NCBI GenBank assembly: GCA_963739245.1
Contig: CAVTZP010000002.1
Coordinates: 633-64,632 of the forward strand
Direction: 5' to 3'
DNA from: an uncultured delta proteobacterium
Lineage (GTDB): Bacteria; Chloroflexota; Dehalococcoidia; Dehalococcoidales; BS750m-G39
Length of the DNA: 64,000 nt
Numbering within the stretch: position 1 is the stretch's first letter; the number at the start of each line of letters is the position of its first letter. The notes beneath the pieces were generated by a model. It was not told where the DNA came from. It ran no database searches and saw nothing but the letters and a program-made list of their open reading frames with translations. The position numbers were made by a program, and so were the translations under genes. Shown here piece by piece: positions 1 through 10,224 of the stretch.

Positions 1-365
1 GGTCCGGTTTCTAACTCCTCGACCTATTCAGGGCTAGGTCCTGTCTGCCTTACAACCCCCTATAAACTTAGGCCCCAGAGCCACTTAGCTTACAGGGTTT
101 GGGCTCTTCCCCTTTCGCTCGCCGCTACTAAGGGAATAACTATCTTTTCCTCGGGGTACTGAGATGTTTCACTTCCCCCACTTACCTCCTCCCAGCCTAT
201 TTGTTGAGCTGGGGGTGCTCAAGGTTAATCTTGAGCGGGTTGCCCCATTCGGGAATCCTCGGCTAGGCTTGCTAGACAGCTCACCGAGGCTTATCGCAGT
301 CCTGCCACGCCCTTCTTCGGCCCTTGATGCCAAGGCATCCACCGTGCGCCTTATTCCGCTTGATC
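1..365 (-). rRNA. rrl: 23S rRNA, 5' portion (continues beyond window start)
   Basis: Reverse complement reads GATCAAGCGGAATAAGGCGCACGGTGGATGCCTTGGCATC...GCGATAAGCCTCGGTGAGC...GAATGGGGCAACCC...GAAACATCTCAGTACCCCGAGG, the conserved 23S 5' domain. Confidence 0.97.
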
Positions 366-514
366 TACTTCAGATTTGATATTAGCCCTCAGTATTCAAT
401 TGTTAATGTACAAGACATAAAAAGGCGGCTTGGTGAAACTTCACCAAGCCGTTGCTTGGCTTACAATCACCAAGTTAACCGAATTATGTCTCCGCGTTCT
501 TCATCGCTGGTAGT

Positions 515-543
515 AGTATAGCCTACTTTTACCACTTTGTCAA
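515..543 (-). promoter_or_regulatory. sigma70-type promoter for the 23S rRNA gene
   Basis: Minus strand TTGACA (543-538), 17 bp spacer, TATACT (520-515). Confidence 0.85.
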
Positions 544-574
544 TAGTTTTTTTAGAATTGTTTATTAACCTCTA

Positions 575-590
575 CCCCCTTTATCCCCCT
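575..590. repeat. CCCCCTTTATCCCCCT motif, copy 1
   Basis: Exact 16-nt match to 47154-47169. Confidence 0.6.
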
Positions 591-626
591 CTCAAAACTA
601 CTTCATAATCTATTTATTTAGGTTTG

Positions 627-655
627 TTGACATCCAGCCGTGAGTGTGCTAATAT
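627..655 (+). promoter_or_regulatory. sigma70-type promoter of the rpsL/ribosomal superoperon
   Basis: TTGACA (627-632), 17 bp spacer, TGn-TAATAT (650-655). Confidence 0.8.
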
Positions 656-785
656 TACACCCTAACGCTCAGTAGTTTCAGTTGAGGGCCGAGGGATTGG
701 AAGTGAACTTTCAATCCCTAACCTTCAGCTTTAAATGGATGAGTTATAGCTCATCCATTTAAATTGTAGGGGCAAGGAGGAAGAG

Positions 786-1259
786 GTGCCTACAGTTAAT
801 CAGCTTATCCGTAAAGGACGCAAGCGGGTGTTCAAGAAGACCAAAACGCCAGCACTGCGCCTTAGCTACAATGCACTTAAGAATAGGCTGGTGCAGGGGA
901 GAAGCTCCCCACAGAAGAGGGGGGTCTGCATCCAGGTTAAGACTACCACCCCAAAGAAGCCTAATTCGGCACTGCGCAAAATAGCTAGGGTGAGGTTGAC
1001 CAGTGGTATAGAGGTAACCGCTTATATCCCCGGCGAGGGGCATGAGCTTCAGGAACACTCGGTGGTTCTGATTCGCGGCGGAAGGGTGAAGGATTTACCC
1101 GGTGTTCGCTACCACATTATCCGCGGCGCACTGGATGCCACCGGCGTGGTCAACCGTCGCCAGGGGCGCAGCAAGTACGGAAGCAAACGAACTGCCCAAC
1201 CGGTTGAGGCTGCCCCAGTAGCTGAGGCAGCGCCACCGGCTGAGGCTACTGAGACATAA
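786..1259 (+). CDS. rpsL: 30S ribosomal protein S12
   Basis: [35 protein letters not shown]; GTG start after AGGAGG. Confidence 0.99.
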   Translation: MPTVNQLIRKGRKRVFKKTKTPALRLSYNALKNRLVQGRSSPQKRGVCIQVKTTTPKKPNSALRKIARVRLTSGIEVTAYIPGEGHELQEHSVVLIRGGRVKDLPGVRYHIIRGALDATGVVNRRQGRSKYGSKRTAQPVEAAPVAEAAPPAEATET

Positions 1260-1270
1260 GAGATAGAGAA

Positions 1271-1741
1271 ATGCCAAGACGAGTTCGGGTAATAACAAGA
1301 CAGACACCCACTGATGCCAAATATGATAGCGAAATTGTCGCCAGGTTTATTAACCGGGTGATGATGCGGGGCAAGAAGAGCGTGGCGGAGAGGATAGTCT
1401 ATGATGCCCTGGACATCATTGAGCAGCAGGGGGCAAAAGAGCCAGCCAGTGTTCTGGAACAGGCGGTGAGGAATGTCACCCCCCAGCTTGAGGTCAAGGC
1501 TCGCCGGGTTGGGGGCGCCACCTATCAGGTGCCAATAGAGGTTAGACCTGAGCGGGGGCGGTCTCTGGCTCTACGCTGGCTGATAGCTACAGCCCGAGCC
1601 AGGGCGGGCAAATCTATGGCAGCAAAGCTAGCGGCAGAACTTAGTGATGCCTCAAAAGGGCAAGGAACAACGGTAAAGAAGCGTGAGGATACTCACAAGA
1701 TGGCTGAGGCTAATAGAGCCTTTGCCCACTACCGATGGTGA
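1271..1741 (+). CDS. rpsG: 30S ribosomal protein S7
   Basis: [33 protein letters not shown]. Confidence 0.99.
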   Translation: MPRRVRVITRQTPTDAKYDSEIVARFINRVMMRGKKSVAERIVYDALDIIEQQGAKEPASVLEQAVRNVTPQLEVKARRVGGATYQVPIEVRPERGRSLALRWLIATARARAGKSMAAKLAAELSDASKGQGTTVKKREDTHKMAEANRAFAHYRW

Positions 1742-1751
1742 GGAGGGGAGT

Positions 1752-3830
1752 GTGCCCAGGAATTTCCCATTAAACCACATACGTAATATTGCTATTATTG
1801 CCCATATTGATGCCGGTAAGACCACCATTACCGAAAGAATCCTATACTGCACCGGTATAACCTATAAGATTGGTGAGGTGGATGATGGCACGGCAGTAAT
1901 GGACTGGATGGCGGAGGAGAAGAGGCGCGGCATTACCATCACCGCTGCCGCTACCACCTGTTACTGGCAGGAGCACCGCATTAATATCATTGATACCCCG
2001 GGGCATGTTGATTTTACCGCCGAGGTGGAGCGAAGCCTTAGAGTGCTGGATGGTGGGGTGGTGGTCTTTGACGCCGTGTCTGGGGTTGAGGCTCAGTCAG
2101 AGACGGTATGGCGGCAGGCTGATAGATATGGTGTATCCAGGATCTGCTTCATCAATAAGATGGACCGAATTGGCGCCAACTTTGACCGCACCCTGTCTAT
2201 GATTAAAGAGCAGCTACATGCCAATCCCCTGCCCGTGCAACTCCCCTTGGGCAGTGAAGAATCGTTTAACGGCATTATTGACCTTGTGGAGAACAAGGCA
2301 TGGCATTTTGACGCCAACCCTGATTTACCACCGGTTGAGGTGCCTATTCCTGAATCAGAACGGGAAAGGTGTAATCAGTTTCGCCAGAGTCTGATTGAGA
2401 AATTGGCTGAGATTGATGACCAGATTCTGGAAGCTTATCTCGGGGGCAGCACTATTACCCCCGCTGAGTTAAAACAAGCGCTAACACGGGTAACCCGGGC
2501 GGCAAAAGGGGTACCTATTCTTTGCGGCAGCGCCCTGAAGAACAAGGGTATTCAGCCACTACTTGATGCTATCGTGAGCTATCTCCCTTCGCCGGCGGAT
2601 ATGCCACCGGTAAAGGCTATTGATACCAGGACAGGCGGCGAAGTCAGCCGCCCACCGAAAGACGATGCCCCCTTTTCCGCACTAGCGTTTAAGGCAGTCT
2701 CCGACCCCTTTGTCGGCAGACTGGTCTATTTCCGAGTTTATTCGGGCAGGGTAAAGGTGGGGGCGCAGGTGCTCAACTCAACCCGGGGCAAGAGGGAGCG
2801 CATTGGACGATTGCTACGGATGCACGCCAACCGTCGTGAGGAGATAACCGAGGCCGATACCGGAGACATCGCGGCCACCCTAGGTCTTAAGAATACCTTC
2901 ACCGGCGATACCCTGTGCCATTATTCCCAGCCGGTGCTTCTGGAACCAATCCGCTTTCCTGAGCCGGTTATCGCGGTGGCCGTTGAGCCCACAAGCCGGG
3001 CTGACCAGGACAAGCTGGGAGAAGCCCTGAAGCGCCTGACCGAGGAAGACCCCACCTTCAAGGTAAACTACGACCGTGAGGCGGGGCAGACAATTATTTC
3101 CGGTATGGGCGAGCTTCACCTGGAGTACCTGGTAAGCAGACTGCTCAGTGAGTTTGGGGTCGGGGCAAAGGTGGGCAAGCCCAAGGTTGCCTATAAGGAG
3201 ACTATTACCCAACCGGTGGCGGTGGAGGGGAGGTTTATTCGGCAAAGCGGGGGGCATGGGCAGTATGGCCATGTCTGGCTCCGGCTTGAGCCTATGGAGC
3301 GGGGCAGCGGCTTTCAATTTGTCGATGGGATTAGAGGCACGGCTATTCCCAAGCAGTATATTCCGGCAGTACAGATGGGCATTAAGGAGGCGATGGAGAC
3401 CGGCGTAGTGGCCGGCTATCCGGTAGTTGATATCAGGGCAACCATCTATGATGGTAGCTACCACGAGGTTGACTCATCAGAAATGGCGTTCAAGATGGCA
3501 GCTTCAATGGCGCTACGAGGCGGGGTCATGAAAGCCAAACCTATCCTTCTTGAGCCGATTATGAAACTGGAAATAGTTGCACCAGAGCAGTTCCTTGGTG
3601 ATATAATGGGTGACCTGAACTCAAGGCGGGGACATATTGAGTCTATCGGGACACGCCACGAGATGGTTGTTATTCGTGCCCTTGTCCCCTTAGCCGAGAC
3701 CTTCGGCTACGCCACCAGTCTCAGGTCGCTAACCCAGGGTAGGGCAAGCCATACCCTGGAATTTTATCGCTATCAGGAGGTGCCAGCCGAGCTGGCTGAC
3801 CAGATAACGGGTAAGGCTATGGTTAGATAG
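1752..3830 (+). CDS. fusA: Elongation factor G
   Basis: [34 protein letters not shown]; GTG at 1752 follows GAGGAGGGG (ORF-track start 1683 overlaps rpsG). Confidence 0.98.
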   Translation: MPRNFPLNHIRNIAIIAHIDAGKTTITERILYCTGITYKIGEVDDGTAVMDWMAEEKRRGITITAAATTCYWQEHRINIIDTPGHVDFTAEVERSLRVLDGGVVVFDAVSGVEAQSETVWRQADRYGVSRICFINKMDRIGANFDRTLSMIKEQLHANPLPVQLPLGSEESFNGIIDLVENKAWHFDANPDLPPVEVPIPESERERCNQFRQSLIEKLAEIDDQILEAYLGGSTITPAELKQALTRVTRAAKGVPILCGSALKNKGIQPLLDAIVSYLPSPADMPPVKAIDTRTGGEVSRPPKDDAPFSALAFKAVSDPFVGRLVYFRVYSGRVKVGAQVLNSTRGKRERIGRLLRMHANRREEITEADTGDIAATLGLKNTFTGDTLCHYSQPVLLEPIRFPEPVIAVAVEPTSRADQDKLGEALKRLTEEDPTFKVNYDREAGQTIISGMGELHLEYLVSRLLSEFGVGAKVGKPKVAYKETITQPVAVEGRFIRQSGGHGQYGHVWLRLEPMERGSGFQFVDGIRGTAIPKQYIPAVQMGIKEAMETGVVAGYPVVDIRATIYDGSYHEVDSSEMAFKMAASMALRGGVMKAKPILLEPIMKLEIVAPEQFLGDIMGDLNSRRGHIESIGTRHEMVVIRALVPLAETFGYATSLRSLTQGRASHTLEFYRYQEVPAELADQITGKAMVR

Positions 3831-3838
3831 GTGAGGTT

Positions 3839-4147
3839 ATGCCAAAGCAGAAAATTCGGATTAAGCTAAAGGGTTATGACCACAAGATTCTTGACCAGTC
3901 GGCAGAGCAGATTGTAGCTGCCGTAGAGCGGACGGGAGCGGTGGTTATTGGACCGGTGCCACTACCCACCCGCATTCAGCGGTTCAGCGTTATCCGCTCC
4001 CCGTTTATTGATAAGGACTCGCAGGAGCAGTTTGAGATTAGAACCCATAAGCGTCTAATTGATATTGTTGAGATGACGTCTAAGACGATAGACGCCTTGA
4101 GCAGCCTGAATCTACCAGCAGGGGTTGAAATAGACATTAAGTTATAA
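3839..4147 (+). CDS. rpsJ: 30S ribosomal protein S10
   Basis: [30 protein letters not shown]. Confidence 0.99.
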   Translation: MPKQKIRIKLKGYDHKILDQSAEQIVAAVERTGAVVIGPVPLPTRIQRFSVIRSPFIDKDSQEQFEIRTHKRLIDIVEMTSKTIDALSSLNLPAGVEIDIKL

Positions 4148-4158
4148 GGTCTAAGGAT

Positions 4159-4761
4159 ATGGTTGAAGGGATTATTGGCCGAAAGCTGGGCATGGGGCGG
4201 ATATTCAGAGACAATGGCAAGGTTGAGGCAGTTACCGCCATTGAGGCTGGCCCATGCGTTGTGACCCAGGTTAAAACCAAGACTAAGGAGGGATATAACG
4301 CCGCCCAGCTCGGATTTGGTGAAACCAAGGGGACTCCCTCTCGGCAGGGGCAGTTTAAGTACCTGAGAGAATTCAGGGTAGCTGATACTGAAGCGATTAA
4401 AGTGGGAGACAAGATAGACGCCAGCCTGTTTAAGGAGGGCGACCTGGTTGATATTAGCGGGGTGTCAAAGGGTAAAGGCTTTGCCGGGGTGGTGAAACGT
4501 CATCACTTTGCCGGCGGACCAAAGACCCACGGGCAGTCTGACCGCCACCGTGCCCCCGGCTCTATCGGCCAAACTACCTCCCCGGGCAGGGTGCTCAAGG
4601 GGATGCGTATGGCAGGACATATGGGCAATAGTCGGGTGACGGCTCGCAATCTGGAGGTAAGTAAGGCTGACCCCAGCCGTAACCTGTTGCTGATTAAGGG
4701 GACTGTCCCTGGGGCAAGGAATGGACTACTCGTGATAAGGAAAGCAGGGGGAAGGAAGTAA
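4159..4761 (+). CDS. rplC: 50S ribosomal protein L3
   Basis: G.K.GM, SKGKGFAGVVKRHHF, HRAPGSIG, KGMRMAGHMG. Confidence 0.98.
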   Translation: MVEGIIGRKLGMGRIFRDNGKVEAVTAIEAGPCVVTQVKTKTKEGYNAAQLGFGETKGTPSRQGQFKYLREFRVADTEAIKVGDKIDASLFKEGDLVDISGVSKGKGFAGVVKRHHFAGGPKTHGQSDRHRAPGSIGQTTSPGRVLKGMRMAGHMGNSRVTARNLEVSKADPSRNLLLIKGTVPGARNGLLVIRKAGGRK

Positions 4762-5439
4762 GTGCAAGTCCCAGTTTATAGCCTTAGCGGCGAGGTGGTT
4801 AAACACATAGAAATAAGCGATAACGTCTTTGCCGTGCCCTTTAATGAGGCAGTGGTGCATCAAGCAGTGGTAAGGCAAAAGGCGAATGCCCGCCAGGGAA
4901 CGGCCAGTACCAAAACTCGCGGTGAGGTCTCCGGCAGCGGTAAAAAGCTATATCGGCAGAAGCATACCGGAATGGCTCGGGCTGGTGGCAGAAGGTCACC
5001 AACACGCCGGGGTGGTGGCATCATCTTTGGTCCTAAGCCAAGGAGCTATCGCCAGGAAATGCCAAAGAAGATGCGCCGAGTGGCACTGAGGTGTGCCCTA
5101 TCCGCCAAGGCAAGAGAGAAGGAGCTAACGGTCCTGGAAAAGCTGGAGCTTGAGCAGCCTAAGACCAGACAGATGGAGGCGATTCTGGCGGCGCTGGGGG
5201 TGGATTCCTCAGCCCTTATCGTTACCGGCAAGCCGGAGGGAAACGTAGTTAAGTCAGCGCGCAATATGGCCGGGGTTAAGACCCTGCCCGCCAGTATACT
5301 CAATGTGGTCGACATCCTCACCTACAAGAGATTATTGATGACCGAGGCAGCGGTGCGCAGGGCAGAGGAGCTATGGGGCCCCCAGAAATCGGAGATTTCT
5401 GGGGTAAAGCTATGGGGAGGTGGCAATGCATCTGTATGA
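4762..5439 (+). CDS. rplD: 50S ribosomal protein L4
   Basis: RQGTASTKTRGEVSGSGKKLYRQKHTG.AR, GGGIIFGPKPR; GTG start; 13-codon insertion near the C-terminus. Confidence 0.98.
   Translation: MQVPVYSLSGEVVKHIEISDNVFAVPFNEAVVHQAVVRQKANARQGTASTKTRGEVSGSGKKLYRQKHTGMARAGGRRSPTRRGGGIIFGPKPRSYRQEMPKKMRRVALRCALSAKAREKELTVLEKLELEQPKTRQMEAILAALGVDSSALIVTGKPEGNVVKSARNMAGVKTLPASILNVVDILTYKRLLMTEAAVRRAEELWGPQKSEISGVKLWGGGNASV
5369..5417. repeat. Palindromic insertion flanked by 10-bp direct repeats inside the rplD 3' end
   Basis: AGCTATGGGG at 5369-5378 and 5408-5417 flank CCCCAGAAATC-GGA-GATTTCTGGGG (perfect 11-bp stem, 5380-5404). Confidence 0.85.
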
Positions 5440-5710
5440 GGTATTGCGCCGCCCGCTGGTAACGGAGAAGAATGCCGCCCTTCAGGCTCAAGGCAAATAT
5501 GCCTTTGAGGTCGCGGAAGAGGCGAATAAAGAACAGGTTAAACAGGCGGTGGAAAAAGCATTTAATGTCACGGTAACACAGGTTAATGTGATGATAGTGT
5601 CGGGTAAGGGGCGGAGGATGCGGGGAAGATGGGTCATGAACCCACCGTGGAAAAAGGCTATTGTTTCCCTTAAGCCAGGGGACAAGATAGAAATAGTGGA
5701 GGGGGTCTAA
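5426..5710 (+). CDS. rplW: 50S ribosomal protein L23
   Basis: RRPLVTEK, ANKEQVKQAVEKAFNV.V, WKKAIVSL; ATG 5426 after GGAGG. Confidence 0.97.
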   Translation: MHLYEVLRRPLVTEKNAALQAQGKYAFEVAEEANKEQVKQAVEKAFNVTVTQVNVMIVSGKGRRMRGRWVMNPPWKKAIVSLKPGDKIEIVEGV

Positions 5711-6538
5711 GTGCCATTAAAGATATATCGCCCGACCTCCCCCGGTAGACGGGGTATGACCGGCGCTACCTTTGAGGAAATAACCAAAAGTAAGCCGGAA
5801 AAATCATTGCTTCTACCACTGAAGAAGAAGGCGGGGCGCAGTAATCAGGGGAAGATAACCGTTCGTCACCGCGGTGGTGGCGCCAAGCGGAGGCTACGCT
5901 TACTGGATTTTAAGCGTGATAAGCTTGGCATCCCGGGCCGGGTGGCTTCAATTGAATACGACCCCAACCGCTCCGCCCGTATTGCCCTGATTTACTACGC
6001 TGACGGGGAGAAGCGTTACATTCTGGCTCCCTCTGAACTTAATGTTGGCAATATTATAAAGTCAGGTAGTGATGCCGAGATAAAACCGGGTAATGCCTTA
6101 CCACTAAAGCTAATGCCGACCGGCACGCTAATACACAATATTGAATTGGAGGTAGGGGGAGGCGGGCAATTGGTGCGAAGTGCTGGAGTCGCGGCTCAAC
6201 TAATGGCGAAGGAGGGTGAACATGCCCTGGTCAGGTTACCCTCTGGCGAGTTGCGGCGTATCCGCAGCGATTGCATGGCGACTATCGGGCAGGTAGGGAA
6301 TGTTGACCATCGGAGTATCAGCCTGGGCAAGGCAGGCCGTAAACGGTGGTTGGGCGTGCGCCCAACAGTAAGAGGCTCGGCGATGTCCCCGCGCGACCAT
6401 CCTCATGGTGGCGGGGAAGGTAGATCCCCGATAGGCATGCCCGGACCGAAAACACCCTGGGGTAAGCCAGCCATGGGCTATAGGACTCGCAAGCCCAAGG
6501 CTTCAGATAGAATGATTATTAAGCGTAGAGGGAAGTAA
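5711..6538 (+). CDS. rplB: 50S ribosomal protein L2
   Basis: [43 protein letters not shown]. Confidence 0.99.
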   Translation: MPLKIYRPTSPGRRGMTGATFEEITKSKPEKSLLLPLKKKAGRSNQGKITVRHRGGGAKRRLRLLDFKRDKLGIPGRVASIEYDPNRSARIALIYYADGEKRYILAPSELNVGNIIKSGSDAEIKPGNALPLKLMPTGTLIHNIELEVGGGGQLVRSAGVAAQLMAKEGEHALVRLPSGELRRIRSDCMATIGQVGNVDHRSISLGKAGRKRWLGVRPTVRGSAMSPRDHPHGGGEGRSPIGMPGPKTPWGKPAMGYRTRKPKASDRMIIKRRGK

Positions 6539-6541
6539 AGG

Positions 6542-6817
6542 ATGTCAAGGTCAACCAAGAAAGGCCCAGCCGTTGACAGCAAACTAATAAAGAAGGTTGA
6601 GGCACTGAGCCGCTCTGGCGAGAAGACAGTAATCAAGACCTGGTCACGCTGGTCTACCATCGTGCCGGAGATGGTGGGGTTTACCATCGGCGTCCATGAT
6701 GGCCGGAGGCATGTACCCATCTATATCACCGAAAATATGGTCGGGCACAAGCTGGGCGAGTTCGCTGCCACCCGAACCTTCAGGGGGCATCAGACCAGGG
6801 GAGATAAAACTACCTAG
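6542..6817 (+). CDS. rpsS: 30S ribosomal protein S19
   Basis: [28 protein letters not shown]. Confidence 0.99.
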   Translation: MSRSTKKGPAVDSKLIKKVEALSRSGEKTVIKTWSRWSTIVPEMVGFTIGVHDGRRHVPIYITENMVGHKLGEFAATRTFRGHQTRGDKTT

Positions 6818-6836
6818 GTAAGGAAATAAGGCGGAG

Positions 6837-7175
6837 ATGGAAGTGAAGGCAGTAGCTAAAAATATCAGCATATCACCACGCAAGGTACGCCTGGTGATAG
6901 ACCTGGTGCGGGGAAAGAGGATAGATGAGGCGTTAGCCTTACTTAAGTTTACCCCTACCCCCACGGCTAAGGCTGTCGCCAAGGTAGTGAAATCAGCAGC
7001 GGCTAATGCTGAGAACAATTTTCAGCTCTCCCCGGCTGATTTGAAGATTGTCAAAATCTTTGCTGATGAGGCGAGAACCCTAAAGCGGTATCGCCCCGGG
7101 ACACGAGGGCGGGTAAACCCCATCCTTAAGCGTTCTAGCCATATAACAGTTATCGTTGCTGAGGAGGAGCAGTAA
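6837..7175 (+). CDS. rplV: 50S ribosomal protein L22
   Basis: [31 protein letters not shown]. Confidence 0.99.
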   Translation: MEVKAVAKNISISPRKVRLVIDLVRGKRIDEALALLKFTPTPTAKAVAKVVKSAAANAENNFQLSPADLKIVKIFADEARTLKRYRPGTRGRVNPILKRSSHITVIVAEEEQ

Positions 7176-7176
7176 G

Positions 7177-7845
7177 TTGGGTCATAAGGTTCATCCTTTA
7201 GGCTTTAGAATCGGAGTCATACGTGATTGGCAAGCCAGATGGTATGCCGATAAGAACTACGCCGAATTTTTACACGAAGACCTGAAACTTCGCCAGGCTA
7301 TTCAGTCCAAAAATGCTGAGGCCGGTATCTCTGAGGTGGAAATTGACCGCCAGGCAAATAAGGTAACGGTAACCATTCATACCGCCCGACCTGGTGTGGT
7401 CATCGGGCGGGGAGGACAGCGGGTTGATGAACTGAGGCTCCATCTTGAGAGCCTTATTGGGAAGAGGATTCAACTCAATATCCTTGAGGTTCAGCAGCCT
7501 GAACTTGATGCCTATCTGGTAGCCAGGGCGATAGCCGACCAGATTGAGCATCGCGTTGCCTTCCGCCGGGCAATGAAGCAAACAGTATTCCGCACCATGC
7601 AGGCCGGGGCTAAGGGGATAAGACTAAGCTGTGCCGGCAGACTTGGTGGTACTGAGATAGCTCGCCGCGAGATTGTACATCAGGGGCAAGTGCCACTACA
7701 TACGCTGCGGGCTGATATCGATTATGGCTTTGCCGAGGCGCATACCACCCTGGGTCAGATTGGGGTGAAGGTCTGGATTTACCGGGGTGATATTCTGACC
7801 AAGCCAACCAAGCTGGAGGCTGAGGAGACTCCGGCTGAGCCATAG
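7177..7845 (+). CDS. rpsC: 30S ribosomal protein S3
   Basis: [43 protein letters not shown]; TTG start after GAGGAGGAG. Confidence 0.98.
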   Translation: MGHKVHPLGFRIGVIRDWQARWYADKNYAEFLHEDLKLRQAIQSKNAEAGISEVEIDRQANKVTVTIHTARPGVVIGRGGQRVDELRLHLESLIGKRIQLNILEVQQPELDAYLVARAIADQIEHRVAFRRAMKQTVFRTMQAGAKGIRLSCAGRLGGTEIARREIVHQGQVPLHTLRADIDYGFAEAHTTLGQIGVKVWIYRGDILTKPTKLEAEETPAEP

Positions 7846-7858
7846 CTAGGGGAAAAGG

Positions 7859-8305
7859 ATGATACAGCCGAAGCGGGTAAAATATCGCAAGAGTCACCGG
7901 GGGCGGCTTAAGGGTAAGGCCAACGCCGGGAATAAGGTTGAATTTGGCGATTTTGGCTTACAGGCATTGGAACCGGCCTGGATTACCAGCCGCCAGATTG
8001 AAGCGGGACGGCGCGCCATCACTCGTCACATCCGCCGTGGTGGCAATGTCTGGGTCCGTATCTTACCCGATAAGCCCGTGACCAAGAAGCCAGCGGAAAC
8101 CCGCCAGGGCGGCGGCAAGGGTCCCCCAGACCACTGGGTGGCCGTGGTTAAGCCGGGAAGAATCATGTTTGAAATGGGGGGGGTTAGTGAGACAATAGCC
8201 AAAGAGGCAATGCGCCTGGCGGCGCATAAGCTGCCAATAAGCAGCAGATTTGTAACTCGGGAAATCGCCCTAGCCGCTGGCACCAAGTCAGAAACCGGGG
8301 GTTAA
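7859..8305 (+). CDS. rplP: 50S ribosomal protein L16
   Basis: [35 protein letters not shown]. Confidence 0.99.
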   Translation: MIQPKRVKYRKSHRGRLKGKANAGNKVEFGDFGLQALEPAWITSRQIEAGRRAITRHIRRGGNVWVRILPDKPVTKKPAETRQGGGKGPPDHWVAVVKPGRIMFEMGGVSETIAKEAMRLAAHKLPISSRFVTREIALAAGTKSETGG

Positions 8306-8309
8306 ATAA

Positions 8310-8507
8310 GTGAAGGTTGAAGAGATTAGGGTTCTCACCACTGAAGAACTGGCTAAGCAACTGGAGGAGGCTCATCACGAGCTGTTTAACCTTCGCTTTC
8401 GGTTGGCAACCAAGCAACTGGTAAACCATCGTGAGATCCCCAGGGTTAAAAAGAAGATTGCCACACTCAAGACAATACTAAGGGAAAGAGAAGCGGGTAT
8501 AAGGTAG
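8310..8507 (+). CDS. rpmC: 50S ribosomal protein L29
   Basis: ELFNLRF..AT.QL.N, IA..KT.L.ER; position in the S10 operon. Confidence 0.97.
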   Translation: MKVEEIRVLTTEELAKQLEEAHHELFNLRFRLATKQLVNHREIPRVKKKIATLKTILREREAGIR

Positions 8508-8512
8508 TGTCT

Positions 8513-8794
8513 ATGGAAACAAAGCGCAAGACTAGGCTTGGTCTTGTTGTAAGCAACAAGATGAATAAGACGGTGGTGGTGGCGGTGGAAACCCCCAAGC
8601 GCCACCCACTATACAAAAAGACCATCAAGAAGGTGGTCAAGTATAAAGCTCATGATGAGGGTAACGAGTGCAAGATGGGGGACAAGGTAAGAATTATAGA
8701 AACCCGCCCCCGGTCCCGAGATAAGCGGTGGCGGGTAGCTGAGATAATAGCCAAGGGAAAGGTGGTGGAGGTTCCACCTGAGGAAATAACATGA
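8513..8794 (+). CDS. rpsQ: 30S ribosomal protein S17
   Basis: G.VVSNKM.KTVVV.V, HPLY.K, AHDE.N, ETRP.S..KRW. Confidence 0.98.
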   Translation: METKRKTRLGLVVSNKMNKTVVVAVETPKRHPLYKKTIKKVVKYKAHDEGNECKMGDKVRIIETRPRSRDKRWRVAEIIAKGKVVEVPPEEIT

Positions 8795-9159
8795 TTCAAT
8801 CCTATACCAGACTGAAAGCAGCCGATAACACTGGCGCCAAAGAGCTTATGTGTATTAACGTTTTGGGTGGTAGCGGCCGGAAATACGCCCGAATCGGTGA
8901 TGTTATTGTGGCATCGGTGAAAAAGGCAACCCCCAGGGGAATGGTAAAGAAGGGGGAGGTGGTCAGGGCGGTTGTCATTCGCTGCGCCCGCCAGCATCGA
9001 CGCCTTGATGGCTCTTATATCAGGTTTGATGAGAATGCCGCGGTGATTCTCAACGATAAGAATAACCCTAAAGGGACAAGAATATTTGGACCGGTAGCCA
9101 GGGAGCTGAGAGACAAGAATTTTGCCAAGATTATATCTCTGGCACCTGAGGTGGTATGA
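8791..9159 (+). CDS. rplN: 50S ribosomal protein L14
   Basis: [37 protein letters not shown]. Confidence 0.99.
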   Translation: MIQSYTRLKAADNTGAKELMCINVLGGSGRKYARIGDVIVASVKKATPRGMVKKGEVVRAVVIRCARQHRRLDGSYIRFDENAAVILNDKNNPKGTRIFGPVARELRDKNFAKIISLAPEVV

Positions 9160-9166
9160 GGCAAGG

Positions 9167-9478
9167 ATGAGGATCAGAAAGAACGATACCGTGCTCGTTA
9201 TTGTCGGTAAGGACAAGGGGAAAAAGGGTAAGGTGCGCTTTGCTTACCCCAAGGATGAACGATTGCTGGTGGACGGCATCAACCTTATCAAGAAGCATAG
9301 CCGGGCGAGTGGGGCAGTCAGGCAGGCAGGCATAATTGAGCGTGAGGCGCCAATTCATGTGTCAAATGTTATGCTGCTGTGCAATAAGTGCAGCCATCCG
9401 GCTCGGGTTGGCTTCCGCTTCCTAGCTGATGGCAAAAAGGTTCGGATTTGTCGCGTCTGCGGTGAGGTGATTGACTAA
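9167..9478 (+). CDS. rplX: 50S ribosomal protein L24
   Basis: MRIRKND.V.VI.GKDKGK.G, EAPIHVSNV, RVGF. Confidence 0.98.
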   Translation: MRIRKNDTVLVIVGKDKGKKGKVRFAYPKDERLLVDGINLIKKHSRASGAVRQAGIIEREAPIHVSNVMLLCNKCSHPARVGFRFLADGKKVRICRVCGEVID

Positions 9479-10021
9479 ATGGCAAATCTAAAGGAAAAAT
9501 ATATAAAAGAGGTTGTTCCCCGAATGAGGGAGCTCTTCGGCTACAAGAATGTAATGGAGGTGCCGCATCTAGAAAAGATTGCCCTTAACATCGGCTTGAG
9601 TGAGGCAATCCAGAATGCCAAGGCTCTGGAAGCGGCAGAGAGGGATTTGGCTACTATCTCAGCGCAACACCCGGTCATCACCCGGGCCAAGAAATCCATC
9701 GCCGCCTTCAGGCTGAGGGCGGGGATGCCTATCGGATTAAAGGTAACCCTGCGGGGAGAGCGCATGTACCACTTCTTTGAGCGGCTGGTTAATGTCACCC
9801 TGCCCCGGATGCGTGAGTTTCGCGGAGTTCCCCGCAACTCCTTTGACGGGCGGGGCAATTATACCCTGGGGATTAAGGAGCAGACCATCTTCCCCGAGAT
9901 AGAGTACGATAAGATAGACAAGGTGCGGGGACTGGAGATATCAATTATGACCACGGCTAAGACCGACGAGGAAGGCAGACAACTGCTGGAATTATTAGGC
10001 GTGCCGTTTACCAAGGATTAA
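9479..10021 (+). CDS. rplE: 50S ribosomal protein L5
   Basis: [37 protein letters not shown]. Confidence 0.99.
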   Translation: MANLKEKYIKEVVPRMRELFGYKNVMEVPHLEKIALNIGLSEAIQNAKALEAAERDLATISAQHPVITRAKKSIAAFRLRAGMPIGLKVTLRGERMYHFFERLVNVTLPRMREFRGVPRNSFDGRGNYTLGIKEQTIFPEIEYDKIDKVRGLEISIMTTAKTDEEGRQLLELLGVPFTKD

Positions 10022-10031
10022 GAGGATAGTA

Positions 10032-10217
10032 ATGGCTAAACTGTCGCAAATCTTAAAATCGCAACGCCCTCCCAAATACAAGGTGCAGCGGCGTAACCGC
10101 TGCTACCTGTGTGGTCGACCTAGAGCCTATATTCGCAAGTTTGGCTTGTGCCGGATTTGCTTCCGCAAGTTAGCTTTAGCCGGGCAAATCCCCGGCGTAA
10201 CGAAAGCAAGCTGGTGA
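10032..10217 (+). CDS. rpsN: 30S ribosomal protein S14, zinc-binding type Z
   Basis: 61 aa; RC..CGRPR....[18 protein letters not shown]. Confidence 0.99.
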   Translation: MAKLSQILKSQRPPKYKVQRRNRCYLCGRPRAYIRKFGLCRICFRKLALAGQIPGVTKASW

Positions 10218-10224
10218 GGTAGAT

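Noticed and set aside
164-521. ORFs 164..379 and 324..521 (+)
   Set aside because: Antisense to the 23S rRNA and its leader; no RBS or protein motifs
1683-1751. N-terminal extension of EF-G in the ORF track
   Set aside because: Overlaps rpsG; GTG 1752 has a proper RBS
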